DNA from: Ascoidea asiatica JCM 7603
Lineage: Eukaryota; Fungi; Ascomycota
Direction: 5' to 3'
Assembly (NCBI GenBank): GCA_001600695.1
Contig: BCKQ01000014.1
Span: forward strand, 188,937-252,936
Length of the DNA stretch: 64,000 bases
Shown here: piece by piece, positions 59,728 through 64,000 of the stretch
Position numbering within the stretch: the stretch's first letter is position 1
Layout of the letters: the number at the start of each line of letters is the position of its first letter
Notes under the pieces: generated by a model
Databases searched by the model: none
Told to the model about the DNA's origin: nothing
The model's input: the letters and a program-made list of their open reading frames with translations, nothing else
Program-made: the position numbers and the translations under genes

Positions 59728-62700
59728 ATGTCCTCAGATTCTTTACAATTTTGGGTTAATGAGTTGGAAAATCCAACTTTATCAGTTTTACCAACTGATT
59801 TTTTAACTCCTCCAAATAAAGCAATTAAAGAAGCTTCATATTTGTTTTCACCTTTATCCAAATCTTCTTTATCCAATTTACAAGATAATTTATCAAATGA
59901 GAATAATATTAAAAATGGTTCAAATCAGGTTTTTTTAATTAGTTTAACAGTTTTTGCAATTTTAATTTATAGATTAACTGGTGATGATGATATTATATTA
60001 TTAACTAATGATCCAAAAATTCCATCTAATCAATTCATCTTAAGAATTAGTATATCTTCTCCAGATGCAACTTTTTCTCAAATTTATAACCAGATTTCTG
60101 CTAAATTTAATCAAATTTCAAAATATCCAATAAATTTTAATGATTATGTAAATCATTTAATTAAAATAAATGATTTAGATAAATCTCATCCTCCAGCTTT
60201 ATTTAAGTTATCATTTTTCAATTCTTCCAATTCAAAAATCGAAAAAAAATTAAATTCCTCAATTTATGGTTCTCAAAATGATCTTGTGATTTATTTAAAT
60301 ACTAATATTGATTCTGAGTTTAATTTTGAGATTTTTTATAATTCTTTATTATATAGAAAAGAAAGAATTCAATATCTATCTGAAGAATTTCAACTTTTCT
60401 TTAATGCAATTTTTAAAAATATAAATTCAATAATTACTAAAGTTGATATTATCTCAAAATCTCAATTAAAACTTTTACCAAATCCAACTAATGATTTAAC
60501 TTGGAATAAATTTAGAGGTTGTATTCATAATATATTTGAAGAAAATTCTTCAAATCATCCAAATAGAACTTGTGTAGTTGAAACAACTTCTGTTTCAAAT
60601 AATGATCCAAATAAAAAAGATAGAATTTTCACTTATGAACAAATTAATCATGCTTCTAATGTTGTTGCTCATTATCTTATTAAAACTGGAATTAAAGTTG
60701 GTGATATAATTATGATTTATTCTTCAAGATCTGTAGATTTAATGATTTCTGTTTTAGCTATTTTAAAAGCTGGTGGTACATTTTGTGTTATTGATCCTGC
60801 ATACCCACCTGAAAGACAAACTGTTTATTTAGATGTTGCAAAACCTCAAGGTTTAATTGTTCTCAAAAAAGCTGGAATTGTTGATCAATATGTTGAAGAT
60901 TTCATATCTGAAAAATTGAATGTTATAACAAGAGTTCCTTCTTTAGAAATTACTGATAATGGTTTAGTTTTAGGTGGTATTCTGCCAAATCAAATTGACT
61001 CCGAAGATGTTCTTACAAAATATCAATATCTTAAAGCTGAACCAACTGGTGTAATTGTAGGACCAGATTCAAATCCAACTTTAGCTTTTACTTCAGGTTC
61101 TGAAGGTATTCCAAAAGGTGTTTTAGGACGTCATTTCTCATTAGCTTATTATTTCCCATGGATGTCGAAACAATTTAATCTTTCTAAAAATGATAAATTT
61201 ACTATGTTATCTGGTATAGCTCATGATCCAATTCAAAGAGATATGTTTACACCATTATTTTTAGGTGCTCAATTATTAGTTCCAACTCAAGATGATATTG
61301 GAACTCCAGGTAGATTAGCTGATTGGATGGATAAATATGGTGCAACAGTTACACATTTAACACCAGCTATGGGACAAATATTAACAGCTCAAGCTATTAC
61401 ACCATTTAAAACTTTACATCATGCATTTTTTGTTGGTGATATTTTAACAAAAAGAGATTGTTTAAGATTACAAAATTTAGCACCAAATTGTAATATTGTA
61501 AATATGTATGGTACAACTGAAACTCAAAGAGCTGTTTCATTTTTTGAAATTACTTGTAGATCAAAAGATCCATTATTTTTAAAAAATATGAAAGATATTA
61601 TGCCAGCTGGTAAAGGTATGTATGATGTTCAAGTACTTGTTGTTAATAGAAATGATACCAGTAAACTTACAGCAATTGGAGAAGTTGGTGAAATATATGT
61701 AAGAGCATCTGGATTAGCTGAATGTTATAGAGGTTTACCAGAAGCCAATAAAGAAAAATTTGTTGGAAATTGGTTTATTAATAATGAGCATTGGATTAAA
61801 AAAGAAGAAAGCTCTCCAGAATATAATGATTTAAAAAAAAAACCATGGTTCAAATATTATAAAGGTCCAAGAGATAGGTTATATAGAACTGGAGATTTAG
61901 GTAGATATATGGCAGATGGAAATGTTGAATGTTGTGGTAGAGCAGATGATCAAATTAAAATCAGAGGATTTAGAATTGAATTAGGAGAAATTGATACACA
62001 TCTTTCACAACATCAATTAATTCGTGAAAATAAAACTATTGTTAAAAGAGATTCAAGTAATGAAAATTATTTAATATCATATATTGTACTTAAATCTGAA
62101 TTAAATGATTTATTACTTGAATATAAAAATCTTGAAGGATATAATATTTTATTAGAAGAAGAAACAAATAATTCTATCAAGGAAGATCCTGTTATTAAAG
62201 GATTACTTATATATAATGATTTAATTAAAAATATTAAATCATTTTTAAAGAAAAAATTAGCAAATTATGCAATTCCAACATATATTATTCCAATGGAAAA
62301 ATTACCTGTTAATCCAAATGGTAAAATTGATAAACCAAAATTACCATTACCAGATAATAAAAGATTATCAATTGTTACTAAATATTTGGAAAAAATAAAT
62401 TCAAATGATAATGAAGAATTATCAGAAATGGAAAAAAAAGTTAAAGAAATATGGTTAGAAGTTTTACCAAATACATTAATTTCATCAAATGATTCTTTTT
62501 TTGATATTGGTGGACATAGTATTCTTGCTACAAGAATGATTTTTAAATTAAGAAAATCTTTAAATGTTGATTTACCATTAGGAATTATTTTTAAAAACCC
62601 AACACTTAAAGGATTTAGTGAAGAAATTGAAAAACTTCTTACATTATCTCAAACTTCTTCAAAAGTAAAAGAAAATGAAAAAAAATCTCAAAGTGAATAT

Positions 62701-64000
62701 TCTTTAGATGCAATTAATTTATCCGAAAGTTTATTAGCAAAAAAATTTCCAACAAAATCTGAAAATCTTAAAATTGGAGAAGAAATTAATGTATTTGTTA
62801 CAGGTGTAACTGGATTTGTTGGATCATATATTTTAGCAGAATTATTAAATTCATCAAGATTATCTAAGAATAAAATTAATGTATATGCTCATGTTAGAGC
62901 CAAAACAGAAGAATTAGGTTTAGAAAGAATTAAAAAAGCATGTAAAACATATGGTACATGGTCGGATAATTTTGAAAATAATATTATAGTTATTTTAGCA
63001 GATTTATCAAAAGCTGATTTTGGTAATAAAAAAATTTTTAATTTACTTTCAGAAAAAATTGATTATATTATTCATAATGGAGCATTTGTTCATTGGGTTT
63101 ATCCATATTCTAAATTGAGAGATTCTAATGTAATTTCAACAGTAAATATATTAAACTTATGTTCAATTGGAAAAGCTAAGAAATTTAGTTTTGTATCATC
63201 AACATCATCATTAGATACCGAATATTATTTTTCATTATCAGATAAATTAAAAAAAGAAGGTAAAAATGGAATTTTAGAATCAGATGATTTGCAAGGATCA
63301 TCCAATGGATTAGGTACAGGATATGGACAAAGTAAATGGTCAGCAGAATATATAATTCGAATTGCAGGAAATAGAGGTCTTAAAGGATCAATAATAAGAC
63401 CAGGGTATGTTGGAGGTGATATGCTTACAGGATCTTCAAATACAGATGATTTTCTTTTAAGAATGTTAAAAGGATGTGTTCAAATTGGATATTTACCAGA
63501 AATTGAAAATACCACAAATTTAGTTCCTGTAAATCATGTTGCAAAAACTGTAGTTGCATCATGTTTCAATCAAAATCAAGAAGGTGTTAAAGTATGTCAA
63601 GTTACTGGACATCCAAGAATTAAATTTGATGATATGATTGATTCATTGAATATTTATGGATATAAAATTAAAAAAGTTAATTATGAAACATGGAAAAAGG
63701 AGTTAGAAAAATCAGTAATTGAGAATGGTAATTCAAATAATGCTTTATATCCTGTATTACATCTTTGTTTGGATAATTTACCTGCAGATACTAGAGCTCC
63801 AGAATTAGATGATAAAAATTCAACTCTTTGTTTGAAACTTGATGAACAATTCTCAGGTATTGATGCTTCTAATGGAGCTGGTATTACCTCCAAACAAATG
63901 GGAATATACGCAAGTTATTTAAAAACTATTGGATTTTTAGAGTCTCCAGTGAATAAAGATTGTGAACCATTACCAAAAATAAATTTATCAGAAGAAACTT
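59728..64000 (+). CDS. LYS2: Alpha-aminoadipate reductase (NRPS-like A-T-R), runs off the right edge
   Basis: ATG at 59728 (MSSDSLQFWVNELENPTLSVLPTDF). A domain FTSGSEGIPKGVLGRHFSL, NMYGTTETQRA, LYRTGDLG; T domain FFDIGGHSILA; reductase VTGVTGFVGSYIL and GYGQSKW. Absent from the ORF track because it has no stop in the window. Confidence 0.97.
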   Translation, partial: MSSDSLQFWVNELENPTLSVLPTDFLTPPNKAIKEASYLFSPLSKSSLSNLQDNLSNENNIKNGSNQVFLISLTVFAILIYRLTGDDDIILLTNDPKIPSNQFILRISISSPDATFSQIYNQISAKFNQISKYPINFNDYVNHLIKINDLDKSHPPALFKLSFFNSSNSKIEKKLNSSIYGSQNDLVIYLNTNIDSEFNFEIFYNSLLYRKERIQYLSEEFQLFFNAIFKNINSIITKVDIISKSQLKLLPNPTNDLTWNKFRGCIHNIFEENSSNHPNRTCVVETTSVSNNDPNKKDRIFTYEQINHASNVVAHYLIKTGIKVGDIIMIYSSRSVDLMISVLAILKAGGTFCVIDPAYPPERQTVYLDVAKPQGLIVLKKAGIVDQYVEDFISEKLNVITRVPSLEITDNGLVLGGILPNQIDSEDVLTKYQYLKAEPTGVIVGPDSNPTLAFTSGSEGIPKGVLGRHFSLAYYFPWMSKQFNLSKNDKFTMLSGIAHDPIQRDMFTPLFLGAQLLVPTQDDIGTPGRLADWMDKYGATVTHLTPAMGQILTAQAITPFKTLHHAFFVGDILTKRDCLRLQNLAPNCNIVNMYGTTETQRAVSFFEITCRSKDPLFLKNMKDIMPAGKGMYDVQVLVVNRNDTSKLTAIGEVGEIYVRASGLAECYRGLPEANKEKFVGNWFINNEHWIKKEESSPEYNDLKKKPWFKYYKGPRDRLYRTGDLGRYMADGNVECCGRADDQIKIRGFRIELGEIDTHLSQHQLIRENKTIVKRDSSNENYLISYIVLKSELNDLLLEYKNLEGYNILLEEETNNSIKEDPVIKGLLIYNDLIKNIKSFLKKKLANYAIPTYIIPMEKLPVNPNGKIDKPKLPLPDNKRLSIVTKYLEKINSNDNEELSEMEKKVKEIWLEVLPNTLISSNDSFFDIGGHSILATRMIFKLRKSLNVDLPLGIIFKNPTLKGFSEEIEKLLTLSQTSSKVKENEKKSQSEYSLDAINLSESLLAKKFPTKSENLKIGEEINVFVTGVTGFVGSYILAELLNSSRLSKNKINVYAHVRAKTEELGLERIKKACKTYGTWSDNFENNIIVILADLSKADFGNKKIFNLLSEKIDYIIHNGAFVHWVYPYSKLRDSNVISTVNILNLCSIGKAKKFSFVSSTSSLDTEYYFSLSDKLKKEGKNGILESDDLQGSSNGLGTGYGQSKWSAEYIIRIAGNRGLKGSIIRPGYVGGDMLTGSSNTDDFLLRMLKGCVQIGYLPEIENTTNLVPVNHVAKTVVASCFNQNQEGVKVCQVTGHPRIKFDDMIDSLNIYGYKIKKVNYETWKKELEKSVIENGNSNNALYPVLHLCLDNLPADTRAPELDDKNSTLCLKLDEQFSGIDASNGAGITSKQMGIYASYLKTIGFLESPVNKDCEPLPKINLSEET

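Noticed and set aside
59728-64000. NRPS secondary metabolite gene
   Set aside because: The A-T-R architecture and motifs match the primary-metabolism enzyme Lys2.

Overview
Very AT-rich genomic DNA from a budding yeast (Saccharomycotina, outside Saccharomycetaceae). Evidence: a complex I 49-kDa subunit, a group III HAMP histidine kinase, and GTAYGT...TACTAAC...YAG introns. Asn-rich low complexity and apparent CTG avoidance are reminiscent of Ascoidea/CUG-Ser2 yeasts; this is inference only. The left third (about 5.3-23.2 kb) is a gene-poor accessory zone. It holds a decayed full-length Ty3/gypsy retrotransposon (7942-14353) with no canonical tRNA primer site, UBC1 and a true ACC deaminase. 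It also holds a 2.4-kb non-autonomous Mutator-like DNA element (17130-19530) with perfect 65-bp TIRs, a 9-bp TSD and decayed coding cargo, plus a candidate 56-aa microprotein. The rest is housekeeping: UTP20, KRS1, tRNA-Asn(GTT), a motif-degenerate GDT1-like gene, RAD2, LYS4, a two-intron COF1 missed by the ORF track, KIC1, SGS1, POP2, the NDUFS2 homologue and LYS2. NIK1 and LYS2 run off the window edges. Three lysine-related genes (KRS1, LYS4, LYS2) lie within about 33 kb, each with a Gcn4-type site upstream. All identities come from motif recognition by eye; no database searches were run.
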